Shown piece by piece: positions 1 to 8,703 of a stretch of 19,497 nt of DNA. The stretch lies in IMG/VR virus record IMGVR_UViG_2600254985_000001, one strand, 5' to 3'. The notes below the pieces were generated by a model that had not been told where the DNA came from, searched no databases, and saw only the letters and a program-made list of their open reading frames with translations. Position numbers and translations under genes: made by a program. Position 1 is the stretch's first letter. The number at the start of each line of letters is the position of its first letter. Origin of the DNA: a virus (Duplodnaviria > Heunggongvirae > Uroviricota > Caudoviricetes).

Positions 1-147
1 CTTACACTTAAAAAAATTGATAGCGTAGGAGATAACGGAGAAGCGTTTGACTTACTAGATGAGATATTGTCTAGTTTAGAACCAAGCAAAGAATATCTAT
101 ATAAGCAACGATTGAAGCGTAAAATGCAAAGGGAGGCAATGAGATAA
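1..147 (+). CDS. 3' end of an early-region hypothetical protein, 5'-truncated by the window edge
   Basis: Frame 1 is open from base 1 to a TAA at 145..147 and translates to a protein-like sequence (LTLKKIDSVGDNGEAFDLLDEILSSLEPSKEYLYKQRLKRKMQREAMR). It lies on the strand opposite the late genes, as expected for convergent early genes. Confidence 0.35.
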   Translation, partial: LTLKKIDSVGDNGEAFDLLDEILSSLEPSKEYLYKQRLKRKMQREAMR

Positions 148-319
148 TATTACACAAGTACACAAGGAAGATTAATAGTTCAAAATATCCACGGTCAACA
201 GCTAGAAAGATCGCTAATGACTTGAACAAGAATGACCCTTTTAATAATTATCTAGTGAGCCTTGAGCTTGGCTCTAAAAGGTATATTATTGAAAAATTTG
301 AAATTAGAGGTATGAATAG

Positions 320-601
320 ATGAAACGTTTTTACGTAGAGGAAGACGACAATGGCAAAGAGATTAAGCGAAAACTTACAACTTTTGCTAATGATGATTTA
401 ACACAGCTTTCAGATGATGAGCTAGAAACATTATATTATGAATCATCTGCTCAATTTTTAGCTAAAGCAATGCACTTTATGAAGATTGAGAACGAACTAT
501 TTTCAAGAAAGAATGTAATTGTAAGTGATGAAATTCTAATAAATGTCGGCAATAATATTATTGAAGCTATCAATCAGGTAAGCAAAGGAGAAATCACTTG
601 A
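320..601 (+). CDS. hypothetical early-region protein (93 aa)
   Basis: ORF in the supplied track with an ATG at 320 preceded by AGAGGT about 9 nt upstream. Acidic, helical-looking sequence with no recognisable motif. Confidence 0.55.
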   Translation: MKRFYVEEDDNGKEIKRKLTTFANDDLTQLSDDELETLYYESSAQFLAKAMHFMKIENELFSRKNVIVSDEILINVGNNIIEAINQVSKGEIT

Positions 602-747
602 AGAACAACGAATTAGTGAAAAAAATCAACGAAGAGTTGAAGCTGAAAAACAAGCCTAAGTTGACAGAATCGCAAGAGAACACGATGAGGAAACTTAACG
701 ATCTAATAATAGAGGAAGTCAACATGTTAGTGAAAAAGATGAAGTGA
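598..747 (+). CDS. small lysine-rich hypothetical protein (49 aa, TTG start), absent from the ORF track
   Basis: TTG at 598..600 overlaps the TGA stop (599..601) of the upstream ORF and sits 7 nt after AAAGGAG (584..590). The frame stays open to a TGA at 745..747 and translates to MKNNELVKKINEELKLKNKPKLTESQENTMRKLNDLIIEEVNMLVKKMK. Confidence 0.3.
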   Translation: MKNNELVKKINEELKLKNKPKLTESQENTMRKLNDLIIEEVNMLVKKMK

Positions 748-752
748 TACCG

Positions 753-792
753 AACAAAGAAAGCCCCACAATTAAGTGAGGGCCTTTTTCGT
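753..792. terminator. bidirectional rho-independent terminator between convergent early genes and the endolysin
   Basis: Imperfect hairpin GCCCCAC (763..769) / loop AATTAA / GTGAGGGC (776..783), flanked by an A-rich run upstream (AACAAAGAAA) and CTTTTTC downstream, so a U-tract follows the stem on either transcript. It lies 3 nt beyond the endolysin stop (794..796). Confidence 0.5.
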
Positions 793-793
793 A

Positions 794-1555
794 TTATTTT
801 TTAGCAATGATTGGTTTGTCGATTCCGTTAGCTTGCATGAAACGAATATCAATAGGCGAACCTTTCCAATCGAAGTTTTTAAGGTCTTTGCCAGTTGTTT
901 CTTTATAAGTTTTACGAACAATTGCCAATTGGTCTGGGTGTGATAGAGCGATAACTTTTTCGCCATTAAAGTAGTAAGTTGTTTTATCGCCATTTGTATA
1001 TGTAAATTTCATTAAATCGTCGTCCTCTAATTCTGTATTTGTTTGTGTATTGTTTACTGCGACTGTGCCACTAGTTTGTCCTGTAAGGCGCTTGTTTAGT
1101 TCTGTGATAAAGTATGAGCGACAACTCTCTAACGTGCCTCCGTGTACTTCTACTGAACGTCTAGGGCATGAAGTTGCTGAAAGTTCTTGATGTAGTTTAA
1201 CAGTATCACGATTAGGAGTTAACCCCCATTGTTTCATGTACTTAGCCACGTCATCTAGTACCGCTTGCTCATTTCTCAAGAACTGGTTTAAATCGCCCTC
1301 TGATTGGCATACTTCCCAGCTTGCATAGTTAGCATTACCGTACGAGTTGGCACAATGCCATGCCATATTAGAGAAATCAGAAGCTTGTAATCTTCCGTCA
1401 GAAGCAATGTAGACATGAGCAAAGCCATTTTCAGGGTTATGATTAGGTAACCAGTTGTTGTAGAAGCCAGCGTTAGCACCATTCGAACCAGCGTCATTGT
1501 GAATTACAACCCCAGTAGGGTTATAACCACGTACACCAGCATTAGTTATATTCAT
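794..1555 (-). CDS. endolysin, putative N-acetylmuramoyl-L-alanine amidase (amidase_2/PGRP-like N-terminus)
   Basis: 253-aa ORF immediately downstream of the holin, with an ATGA start/stop overlap. The N-terminal half has His/Cys-containing segments typical of zinc amidases (VVIHNDAGS, AHVYI, MAWHCANSY). It is the last gene of the late operon. Confidence 0.75.
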   Translation of the reverse strand: MNITNAGVRGYNPTGVVIHNDAGSNGANAGFYNNWLPNHNPENGFAHVYIASDGRLQASDFSNMAWHCANSYGNANYASWEVCQSEGDLNQFLRNEQAVLDDVAKYMKQWGLTPNRDTVKLHQELSATSCPRRSVEVHGGTLESCRSYFITELNKRLTGQTSGTVAVNNTQTNTELEDDDLMKFTYTNGDKTTYYFNGEKVIALSHPDQLAIVRKTYKETTGKDLKNFDWKGSPIDIRFMQANGIDKPIIAKK

Positions 1556-1905
1556 TCTTTTTTATCCTCCGTTTGTTCTTCTTCTACTTCTGGAACACTT
1601 ACACCGTTCTTTTTCATAAGTTTAACCAAACCGTCGAACATAGGACTGATTTTTGCGACCAAATAAATAAATTGCCCTACAAAGTACAATAAACCTACGT
1701 CAATCACAGTTTTGGCAATATCAGAAGTTGAGGGAGTTTGTGTAAAGAAGAAGACCGCATATAAAACCCACAGGGATAAAATAACCGTTAAGTCAATCAC
1801 AAGTCTACGTTTGAAAGGTGGGTTCATTGCTTCTCTATCTTTTACCCATGTAGCGAAAAGAATCGCTAAAATTAAGATAGTTATTAAAATCATTCTAGTT
1901 ACCAT
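1552..1905 (-). CDS. holin
   Basis: 117 aa with three predicted transmembrane segments (ILITILILAILFATWV, LVIDLTVILSLWVLYAVFFF, VIDVGLLYFVGQFIYLVA) and a highly charged C-terminus (EVEEEQTEDKKE). Sits directly upstream of and overlapping the endolysin. Confidence 0.75.
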   Translation of the reverse strand: MVTRMILITILILAILFATWVKDREAMNPPFKRRLVIDLTVILSLWVLYAVFFFTQTPSTSDIAKTVIDVGLLYFVGQFIYLVAKISPMFDGLVKLMKKNGVSVPEVEEEQTEDKKE

Positions 1906-1926
1906 TTTGTTTCGCTTTCTATTTTG

Positions 1927-2886
1927 TTATTTAATGAAGTAACTTCCGTTACCACGTGTTGCAATAGGTGTTTTACCAATATCTGGTCCCCACCAAGTAA
2001 TACTACCGTTTGTGTCTATGTCAATATGGAAAGAAGTCTCATGTCCAGCAAAATGACCAACAATACTTTGAACAACAGCTGGACGAAATTCTTTATCTAC
2101 CCATGGTCCAGACATTTTAATGCCAGCTTTTGTAGTTGATACACTACCAAAGAGTCTAACAATTACTAAATCATCGTTCTTTTTAGTGAATTGCAACTGC
2201 ATACCATTTCCAGTTTGAATTGTCAACATTTGAGTTGGAACATCGATTGTACCTCTAAGTGATATATCATTTGCATTGATTGAACCTTTAAGCGATAAAT
2301 TATTTGCGTTGATTGAACCTTTAAGTGATAAATTATTTGCATTGATTGAATCTTTAAGTGATAAATCGTTTGCGTTGATTGAACCTTTAAGCGATAAATT
2401 ATTTGCATTGATTGAATCTTTAAGTGATAAATCGTTTGCAGAAATACTATCTAAAGTACTAGCCTGAAGAATTGGCTTAATGCTTGTTACACCAGTTCCT
2501 GAAGTCGTAACAACATCAAAACAAACTTTCAAAACGCCAGAACCGTTGTTTATATCAACACCGTTACTATTATTTGATGTTTCTGCTGATAAACTTACAG
2601 GGTTTGCTGTTTGCGTTAAGTCAATATTTGCATGGATATAATTAACTGCATTACCTTTTAAGGCAACAGTTTCATTCAATAGTTCAAAATACCTCCCGCC
2701 TGCAACGATTGATGTGTTAACATATTGCACGTTAAGGGCTGTATTTAATGGACTTTTCCAATCTTTGCGCCTAATTGTTCTATAGCCCATTCCAGTCAAC
2801 ATCATGTATAGTTTTCCGTCATTATTAGAACCGACTGGAAACTCTGTACCATTTGGACTGAAAAACGTGAAGTTTTTAATTGTCAT
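1927..2886 (-). CDS. rbp: receptor-binding protein (RBP, 936/p2-type) with a repeat-expanded neck
   Basis: 319-aa ORF in the RBP position (last structural gene before the holin). Its N-terminus ([11 protein letters not shown]...) and C-terminal region are consistent with my recollection of p2-type RBP shoulder and head domains. AAAGG ribosome-binding site 7 nt upstream of the ATG at 2884..2886. Confidence 0.8.
   Translation of the reverse strand: MTIKNFTFFSPNGTEFPVGSNNDGKLYMMLTGMGYRTIRRKDWKSPLNTALNVQYVNTSIVAGGRYFELLNETVALKGNAVNYIHANIDLTQTANPVSLSAETSNNSNGVDINNGSGVLKVCFDVVTTSGTGVTSIKPILQASTLDSISANDLSLKDSINANNLSLKGSINANDLSLKDSINANNLSLKGSINANNLSLKGSINANDISLRGTIDVPTQMLTIQTGNGMQLQFTKKNDDLVIVRLFGSVSTTKAGIKMSGPWVDKEFRPAVVQSIVGHFAGHETSFHIDIDTNGSITWWGPDIGKTPIATRGNGSYFIK
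2239..2451 (-). repeat. in-frame 33-bp tandem repeats (about 6 units) encoding 11-aa units [11 protein letters not shown] / [11 protein letters not shown] within the RBP
   Basis: Directly visible: near-identical 33-bp units repeated head-to-tail. The translated RBP reads ...[68 protein letters not shown]... (residues about 146..216). Confidence 0.9.
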
Positions 2887-3184
2887 TTTTAACCTTTCTT
2901 GAAATTATTTCCGCTTTATCTAAAACTGGGTTATCAGTAATTGATAGCTCTAACAATCTAAATTTTCTACCGCCATAAGGATAACCACCAATTGATACAA
3001 ATTGTCCGACTTCATACAAGAGCGTGGTCTCGATTCTAAGCGTGTTTTTACTATTATAGTACACTTTACCTTGCAATAGTTCTAAGTGGTCTTTACGAAG
3101 CTCTCTATGCCCTTTAAAGCTATCTATTCTATATTTGTCGCCATAAGTAGCTACATACTCATATAACATTCGGTTTGTCTCCAC
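2876..3184 (-). CDS. hypothetical structural-module protein between Tal and RBP (102 aa)
   Basis: ORF in the conserved position between Tal and RBP. Overlaps the Tal 3' end and the RBP 5' end, a compact arrangement typical of a phage late operon. No recognisable motif. Confidence 0.5.
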   Translation of the reverse strand: METNRMLYEYVATYGDKYRIDSFKGHRELRKDHLELLQGKVYYNSKNTLRIETTLLYEVGQFVSIGGYPYGGRKFRLLELSITDNPVLDKAEIISRKVKNDN

Positions 3185-4286
3185 TTCCTACAAAAATAAG
3201 TCTATCATTGAACTCTGTTTTAACTCTATCTGCTATATATCCTGAATATAGCTTGCCCTCGTACCAAATATCTACTAAGTCATTAACATACAAAGGAAAA
3301 AGTTCATTTTGATTAAAGAATAACCTTGTGACGATTGTAGAGGGAGAAATTTCAACCTTAATAGTAGACAACTCAGGAGGGTTTCCGTGGTCATCTCTAT
3401 CATAAAACAATGTTTTGGTTGTCCTTACATCTGGCAAGTCTGTTCCGTCTCCATGATAAGTGCTATAATCAATGACATCTCCGTTATTTTTTGCTGTGTA
3501 CATTTTAGGAGGGTCTGTGTAGTCATCTGTTGCTTTATTTTTAACGAACACAACAGCAAAATTATAAGCTGAACGTTCTACTATTGTTTCCGTGTCCATT
3601 GTCACACTTTGCTTAATATCTACCCTTGTCGTGATTCTTTTTCTATTCCAGTTTCTTGAAGCAAAGTTAATGAATAACAAGTTTCTAGGGTCTGTTTCAG
3701 ATGGAGCGTGTTGAATGGTTGTAGTTGGTTGAAATTGAACCTTGGAAAATATCCTTTTTGCTACATCATGAGCTGATGAAGTTTCCGCTTTACGATTAAT
3801 CGTAGCCTTTCCAGCAAAGATACTTGAATCAAAGAAATAACCATAACTCATTAAATTATTTTTATTAGGGTCAATTAAATAATTAATTATACCAGAGTTT
3901 GTCTTTTTGGCTATTGCGTTTGGAACGTCAAGACTTTCAATCATTGCCCAAAAGTAGTTTTTTAACGTAGCTTTATTACTTTCGTCTACATCGGTCACAA
4001 GGTAAACCATATCTAAATTCAGTTTTTTCCTCTTACCTAGAGCTTCTTCAATTGGAACAACTTCAGGAAAAAGTACTTGAACAATATCGCCAACTTCTAC
4101 CGAAACGGTCAATGTAGCTGATGAAGTGTAAAGATAGCCTGTTTCCCACAGTTCGTAATCAATAACTTGACATCTTGCCTTTGGTATTGGAAGGCCTCTT
4201 TTTTCTTTTTTACCATTAGGCATTCTGAAATCAGATATATTGTAATAGTTAGGGTTAAAGTTATCATAAACGTTAGCTTCTAACAT
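3159..4286 (-). CDS. tal: tail-associated protein Tal (short form, no C-terminal lysin extension)
   Basis: 375-aa ORF directly downstream of Dit, with its start overlapping the Dit stop. The size matches my recollection of the short Tal of p2-like 936 phages. No peptidase or glycosidase motif noticed. Confidence 0.65.
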   Translation of the reverse strand: MLEANVYDNFNPNYYNISDFRMPNGKKEKRGLPIPKARCQVIDYELWETGYLYTSSATLTVSVEVGDIVQVLFPEVVPIEEALGKRKKLNLDMVYLVTDVDESNKATLKNYFWAMIESLDVPNAIAKKTNSGIINYLIDPNKNNLMSYGYFFDSSIFAGKATINRKAETSSAHDVAKRIFSKVQFQPTTTIQHAPSETDPRNLLFINFASRNWNRKRITTRVDIKQSVTMDTETIVERSAYNFAVVFVKNKATDDYTDPPKMYTAKNNGDVIDYSTYHGDGTDLPDVRTTKTLFYDRDDHGNPPELSTIKVEISPSTIVTRLFFNQNELFPLYVNDLVDIWYEGKLYSGYIADRVKTEFNDRLIFVGSGDKPNVI

Positions 4287-5182
4287 TAAATAAAGTCCGC
4301 CTTTCTCTTGATTTTAAGCTCTGCCTTACTTAAATTAACTAGCTCCATTTGACCTTTTTCAATTATACGAGTTCTGTATCGCTCAAAGTTCATTACAGGG
4401 AATAAGTTTAGTACAGTTGTACCCTTCCAGCCTTGATAAAATTCGTCATTTACATCTGTATTAATTAAAATATAATCTTGTACCTGTTCCGTCTTAAACA
4501 CAATTGCAGTATATTCGTTTCCAACATCGTCTAAAAATCTAACTCCAGCAGGTGTTTTAGGAAGTTTCGGATATAATACCCCCATAAAACTAAATATTTT
4601 TTCTTTTATTTCCCAACGGCTTAAACGGCCTATGTCACTTTCCCCATAATAAGTGTAAGAGGTTCCTTCGATATACTTATAGTCTCCTGGTGCGGTTCCT
4701 CCATAAATTTTAGACTTACCAGAAAGAACTTTACCATTTTCAATCATGTCAAAAGTTAAATTTTCGTAAGTATACCACTTTGTAACTACATCGAAAGTTA
4801 TCTTTTCGCTGAAAGTTCCGTTCTTACCGTAACCCTCTGTCTTTGTGACATCTGCTAAAGCTAAATCAGCATACACCTGAAAAATTTCTGTTTGATATTC
4901 AAGTGTAACGAATTTTTTGCTAAGAATATCGTTTACGAAGTCTTTCATTAATTGATAATTTTCTTCTAAACTTTCTCCAAACGTTTCTAGCTTAAACTCT
5001 ATTTGTGGTTGAGTAATTGAGCGTTTTCCCATTATTCCAATACCATTACTTTGCCAGATGTTATTAGTTGATTGTAACCCTAAATTAGAGGGCTGGTAAA
5101 ATCTAACTTTTCCATTTGTAACGTCCCAAACTTTGTCGTCTGTTCCGTCTAAGTTAGTATGTATTTTATACTGTCTTACCAT
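4286..5182 (-). CDS. dit: distal tail protein Dit
   Basis: 298-aa ORF immediately downstream of the tape measure gene (start overlaps the TMP stop). Canonical Dit position and size for 936-group phages, with no obvious inserted domain. Confidence 0.65.
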   Translation of the reverse strand: MVRQYKIHTNLDGTDDKVWDVTNGKVRFYQPSNLGLQSTNNIWQSNGIGIMGKRSITQPQIEFKLETFGESLEENYQLMKDFVNDILSKKFVTLEYQTEIFQVYADLALADVTKTEGYGKNGTFSEKITFDVVTKWYTYENLTFDMIENGKVLSGKSKIYGGTAPGDYKYIEGTSYTYYGESDIGRLSRWEIKEKIFSFMGVLYPKLPKTPAGVRFLDDVGNEYTAIVFKTEQVQDYILINTDVNDEFYQGWKGTTVLNLFPVMNFERYRTRIIEKGQMELVNLSKAELKIKRKADFI

Positions 5183-8172
5183 TAAGCCCTCCCTAGTTCA
5201 AATTCTCGTCTGATTGCACGCGCTAAGTTAGAAACATCTTGACCAGCACCGCCTTGCACGTTAAATGTGTTATATGTTCTATTGTCGCTTGATACACTGT
5301 TAGTGCTTAAACCGTAACCGCTAGAAGATAAATTGACATCTGTTAAGCCTACTACCATAGAACCTTTGAATAGTCCGCCAACTTTACTTGCAACCCAATC
5401 AATTGAACCTTTGATATTTTTAATTGTATCTGTTACACCTCCAAGAACGCTGTCTATTGTATCTTTGACTCCTCCAAATATTCCGCTAAAGAAGTCGCCA
5501 ATGCCCTTAAATACTCCTGTTATTGCATCCCAAGCATTTGAAGCAAATTTACCAAAAGCCTCGAATACTCCGCTAACTATATCTTTAGCACCGTCAAACG
5601 CTCCCTTAAAGAAATCAGCTACTCCGTTAAATACACCTGAAATTGCATCCCAAGCTTTTGAAGCAAAGCCACCAAGAGCGCTAAACACTCCGCTAACGAC
5701 ACTGCGAACAGAATTGAATATGCCACTAAAGAAGCCTGAAACTGCATTCCATATTGATGAAACTACTCCCCAAGCGCTAGAAGCAAAACTTCCGATTGCA
5801 CTAAATACTGTTGAAACTACTGATTTTACAGCGTTAAATATACCGCCAAAGAAGCCTGAAACTGCATTCCATACGCCAACCAGTATATCCCAAGCTGAAC
5901 CAGCAAAGCTACCTATGGCGCTAAATACTGTTGAAACTATTGAACTAACTGCGTTAAATATTACACCAAAGAAACCTGATATGCCGTTCCACGCTCCGAT
6001 AACTAATTGGTAAGCACCGCGAATAATAGCCAATATAAGTTGGAATGCTAAATTAATTACTGATCCAACTAACCCAAATATAGATTGAAAGAAACTAATT
6101 AAAGGTTGGAAAGTTGTAACAAACCAGTTATAAGCACCTGTCACTAAAGAAGCAATGGTTGTAAATACAGTTGTAACAACATTTACTATTCCGTCCCATA
6201 GCCCTGTGAAGAACCCTGTAACTCCTGCCCATGCTGTTTGAATACCAGTAACAACAGTTGTCCATAAAGTAGTAAAGAATGTTGTTATTCCGTTCCAAAT
6301 ATTTTGAACACCTTGTACAATTCCACTGAACCAATCGACTAAGCCTTGCCAAATGCCTTTAGCTCCGTCAACTGCTCCGTTCCATATATCAGCAAACCAT
6401 TGACCAATACCGCTAAAGAATGAAACTATTCCGTCCCATGCACTCTTTAAGAAGTCTACGAAACTACCCCAAACCTTTTTACCTGTTTCGGTTTGAGTGA
6501 AGAAGTAAACTAAACCAGCAACAATGGCTGCGATTGCTATGCCAAGAGCCACGAATGGATTCATAGCCATTACAGCATTGAAAGCTCCTTGTATAATTGT
6601 ACCAGCTTCAACAACCTTATTATATATCTCGACAGCCTTAATGATTCCATCAATAACTTTCAAAGCAACGAATACACTAGCCAAAGCAGCTAAAGCTACT
6701 TTTAAAGTATCTATTGCGCTTTTACTTTCACTAATTTTTTGCAGAAAATCAGCTATTTTTTTCGTGACTTCTGAAAATTTACCAGCAAATACAGCTATGC
6801 TTTTTGCTACGTTATCTATACTTGTTGCGTTTTTTGTTGTTTCTGTATTTATTCCAATAAATGAATTTATGACATTCCCTATAATAGAAACTATGGAACC
6901 AAATGCACTTTTTATGCTATCCCAAGCCTCTAAAAATGCTAAAGTGGCTGCATTTTCTTGCAGTTTTTGAAACAAGTCTTGGAAATACTTAACTACATTT
7001 GTTACAGCTTTACCAGCACTTTCGCCCCAGTCAGACATCTGGTCTATTAAGCCACTAATGATAGGTGTTAAAGCGTTCAAAGTAGGCACTAAAGCAATTG
7101 ACATTGTTTCGTTGAAGCTGTCCCACGCGTCCCCAATAGTTTTGATTCCACCGCCCGAACCTTTAGCCATTTTTTCCATAGCCTTGTTGAGCATATCCAT
7201 CGAAACAGCGCCTTTTGAAACAGCGTCATTAAAAGAACCGTATTGCTGTAATGAGGGGTTCATTTTCATAACAGTGTCTTTTAAAGAAGAACCAAGAGCT
7301 GTGTTGTTATCGGTTAATTGTCCAATATTTTCAGCCGTAACTTTACCAGCTGCCGACATTTGACCGTAAGACTGAACTACACCTTTAAGGTTTTCGCCAG
7401 TACCACCAAATGCTTGGTTAGCTTTTACTAATGCTTCTGTTTTACTGACCGCTTTTTTAGCGCTATCGCCTAAACCAATGAACGTTGTTGAAAGTTTTAA
7501 AGTATCTTCGGTATTTGCATTTGTATCTTTAGCAAGATTCTGCATAGATTTGCTTACATAGTCAAAGTCTTTTCCATTGCCTTTGAACTTCATTGTATTT
7601 TGCAATGAAATCATGGCTTTTTGAGTATCCATTGCGTTAGATACCCAGTCTTTTAAGCCGTTACCGACAGCACTAACAGCACTTGCACCGATTTGTCTGA
7701 ATGCACCAACAGCAATCTCTCTAAGACCGCTAAAGCGTGACTTCATGCCCTCAATTCCGCTATTAACGCCTTTAGTATCCATTTTAGCGTCAATGTTCCA
7801 AGAGCCTGAACTAATAGCACCCTCGACTTGCTTAATTTCGCCCTCTAGCCTATTAGCTTGTGTTTCTACTGTACCTAAATCTCTAGTAAGTTGTAGCCAT
7901 TTCTTTTGACCTGCTGACGTCCCTTTGTCAACCGTAGAAAGTTCTTCTTTTAATTTTGTTGCTTTGTCACGTGATAAGCCCAACTGCGTTTGTAAGTTCT
8001 TCTGCAATTGCGCCATTTTCCCGGTATTTGTGGGGTCAAGTTTTAGAGCTTCACGTAAGTTTTTAGCTTCTCCTCTAAGCCCTGACATTGCGGTATTAAC
8101 GCCTTTAAGTGAGTTCTCGAATTTCGTTGTATTACCGTATATCTCGACCTCAAATGTTGCATTACTTGCCAT
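5182..8172 (-). CDS. tmp: tail tape measure protein (TMP)
   Basis: 996-aa ORF. N-terminal coiled-coil-like region, central hydrophobic segments, and a C-terminal series of about 40-aa Gly/Phe/Trp-rich tandem repeats (GIFNAV.SVVSTVFSAIGSFA.SAW...). Its position between the chaperone genes and Dit is diagnostic. Confidence 0.9.
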   Translation of the reverse strand: MASNATFEVEIYGNTTKFENSLKGVNTAMSGLRGEAKNLREALKLDPTNTGKMAQLQKNLQTQLGLSRDKATKLKEELSTVDKGTSAGQKKWLQLTRDLGTVETQANRLEGEIKQVEGAISSGSWNIDAKMDTKGVNSGIEGMKSRFSGLREIAVGAFRQIGASAVSAVGNGLKDWVSNAMDTQKAMISLQNTMKFKGNGKDFDYVSKSMQNLAKDTNANTEDTLKLSTTFIGLGDSAKKAVSKTEALVKANQAFGGTGENLKGVVQSYGQMSAAGKVTAENIGQLTDNNTALGSSLKDTVMKMNPSLQQYGSFNDAVSKGAVSMDMLNKAMEKMAKGSGGGIKTIGDAWDSFNETMSIALVPTLNALTPIISGLIDQMSDWGESAGKAVTNVVKYFQDLFQKLQENAATLAFLEAWDSIKSAFGSIVSIIGNVINSFIGINTETTKNATSIDNVAKSIAVFAGKFSEVTKKIADFLQKISESKSAIDTLKVALAALASVFVALKVIDGIIKAVEIYNKVVEAGTIIQGAFNAVMAMNPFVALGIAIAAIVAGLVYFFTQTETGKKVWGSFVDFLKSAWDGIVSFFSGIGQWFADIWNGAVDGAKGIWQGLVDWFSGIVQGVQNIWNGITTFFTTLWTTVVTGIQTAWAGVTGFFTGLWDGIVNVVTTVFTTIASLVTGAYNWFVTTFQPLISFFQSIFGLVGSVINLAFQLILAIIRGAYQLVIGAWNGISGFFGVIFNAVSSIVSTVFSAIGSFAGSAWDILVGVWNAVSGFFGGIFNAVKSVVSTVFSAIGSFASSAWGVVSSIWNAVSGFFSGIFNSVRSVVSGVFSALGGFASKAWDAISGVFNGVADFFKGAFDGAKDIVSGVFEAFGKFASNAWDAITGVFKGIGDFFSGIFGGVKDTIDSVLGGVTDTIKNIKGSIDWVASKVGGLFKGSMVVGLTDVNLSSSGYGLSTNSVSSDNRTYNTFNVQGGAGQDVSNLARAIRREFELGRA

Positions 8173-8684
8173 TACATACCCTTTCTTTTACGCCTTTTCT
8201 CTTTTTCTTTTTCCTCTTTCTTTTTCTCTGCAATAAGTTCGATTATTTTATAAACAAGTTCTAGTTCCATTTCCATGAACTGTGTTATATCAATTTCATT
8301 ATTGCCCAAAACAGTCAAAAGTTCTAAAGTTTTATTTTCCCTTACAGTATCTTTCTTTTTCTTAATCAATGAACTAGAAGAAAAGAAGACTGTATCGTCT
8401 TCCGTTTCCTCTTTTTCTTTAATAAAAACAGTTTTACAGAAGATATTGATTAACTCGTTAGTTGTAGGAAGCTCTGTTTTATCATCTAAGGCGTTTTGCA
8501 TTCCTCCGTTACAATCTACCCAAAGTATCAATAACTTGTCTGTAAAGCTCTCCATTTGCTCTGTAAAGTCATCAGGAATATATCCAGCGACAAAAGAATT
8601 TTGTAGGTCTGCAAAGTCTTTTAAATCTGTAATAAAGTCTGAACCAGTTAGTTCTAAGTATCTAATTGCATGTTTTAAAATCAT
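8172..8684 (-). CDS. tail assembly chaperone-like protein (170 aa, acidic with a basic C-terminal tail)
   Basis: ORF immediately upstream of the TMP, with its stop overlapping the TMP start. GAAAGGA ribosome-binding site upstream of its ATG. Position corresponds to the gpG/gpT chaperone slot. Confidence 0.5.
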   Translation of the reverse strand: MILKHAIRYLELTGSDFITDLKDFADLQNSFVAGYIPDDFTEQMESFTDKLLILWVDCNGGMQNALDDKTELPTTNELINIFCKTVFIKEKEETEDDTVFFSSSSLIKKKKDTVRENKTLELLTVLGNNEIDITQFMEMELELVYKIIELIAEKKKEEKEKEKRRKRKGM

Positions 8685-8703
8685 TTACAGTCCTTTCAGC
8701 TCA

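Noticed and set aside
148-319. Possible promoter or small gene in the 170-bp non-coding gap between the early-region ORFs
   Set aside because: TTG and TATATT-like hexamers are present but none are at canonical 16 to 18 bp spacing, and no ORF with a start codon and ribosome-binding site was found. The evidence is too weak to call.
1288-1497. 69-aa minus-strand ORF nested in the endolysin gene
   Set aside because: It lies wholly within the 253-aa endolysin ORF in another frame and has a hydrophobic low-complexity translation, so it is treated as a shadow ORF.
2239-2451. Possible CRISPR array, suggested by regular direct repeats
   Set aside because: The units are contiguous with no spacers and are in frame within a long ORF encoding a coherent 11-aa protein repeat. 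No cas genes are present.
2223-2467. Short ORFs 2223..2408 (-) and 2276..2467 (+) with striking internal repeats
   Set aside because: These are alternative-frame and antisense readings of the 33-bp tandem repeats inside the RBP gene, not independent genes.
5333-7363. Plus-strand ORFs (5333..6013, 6524..6970, 7058..7363) lying antisense within the tape measure gene
   Set aside because: They fall entirely inside the 996-aa TMP ORF on the opposite strand. Their Pro/Leu/Thr-rich, repetitive translations are what one expects from the antisense of Gly/Phe/Ala-rich repeats. No start context was seen.
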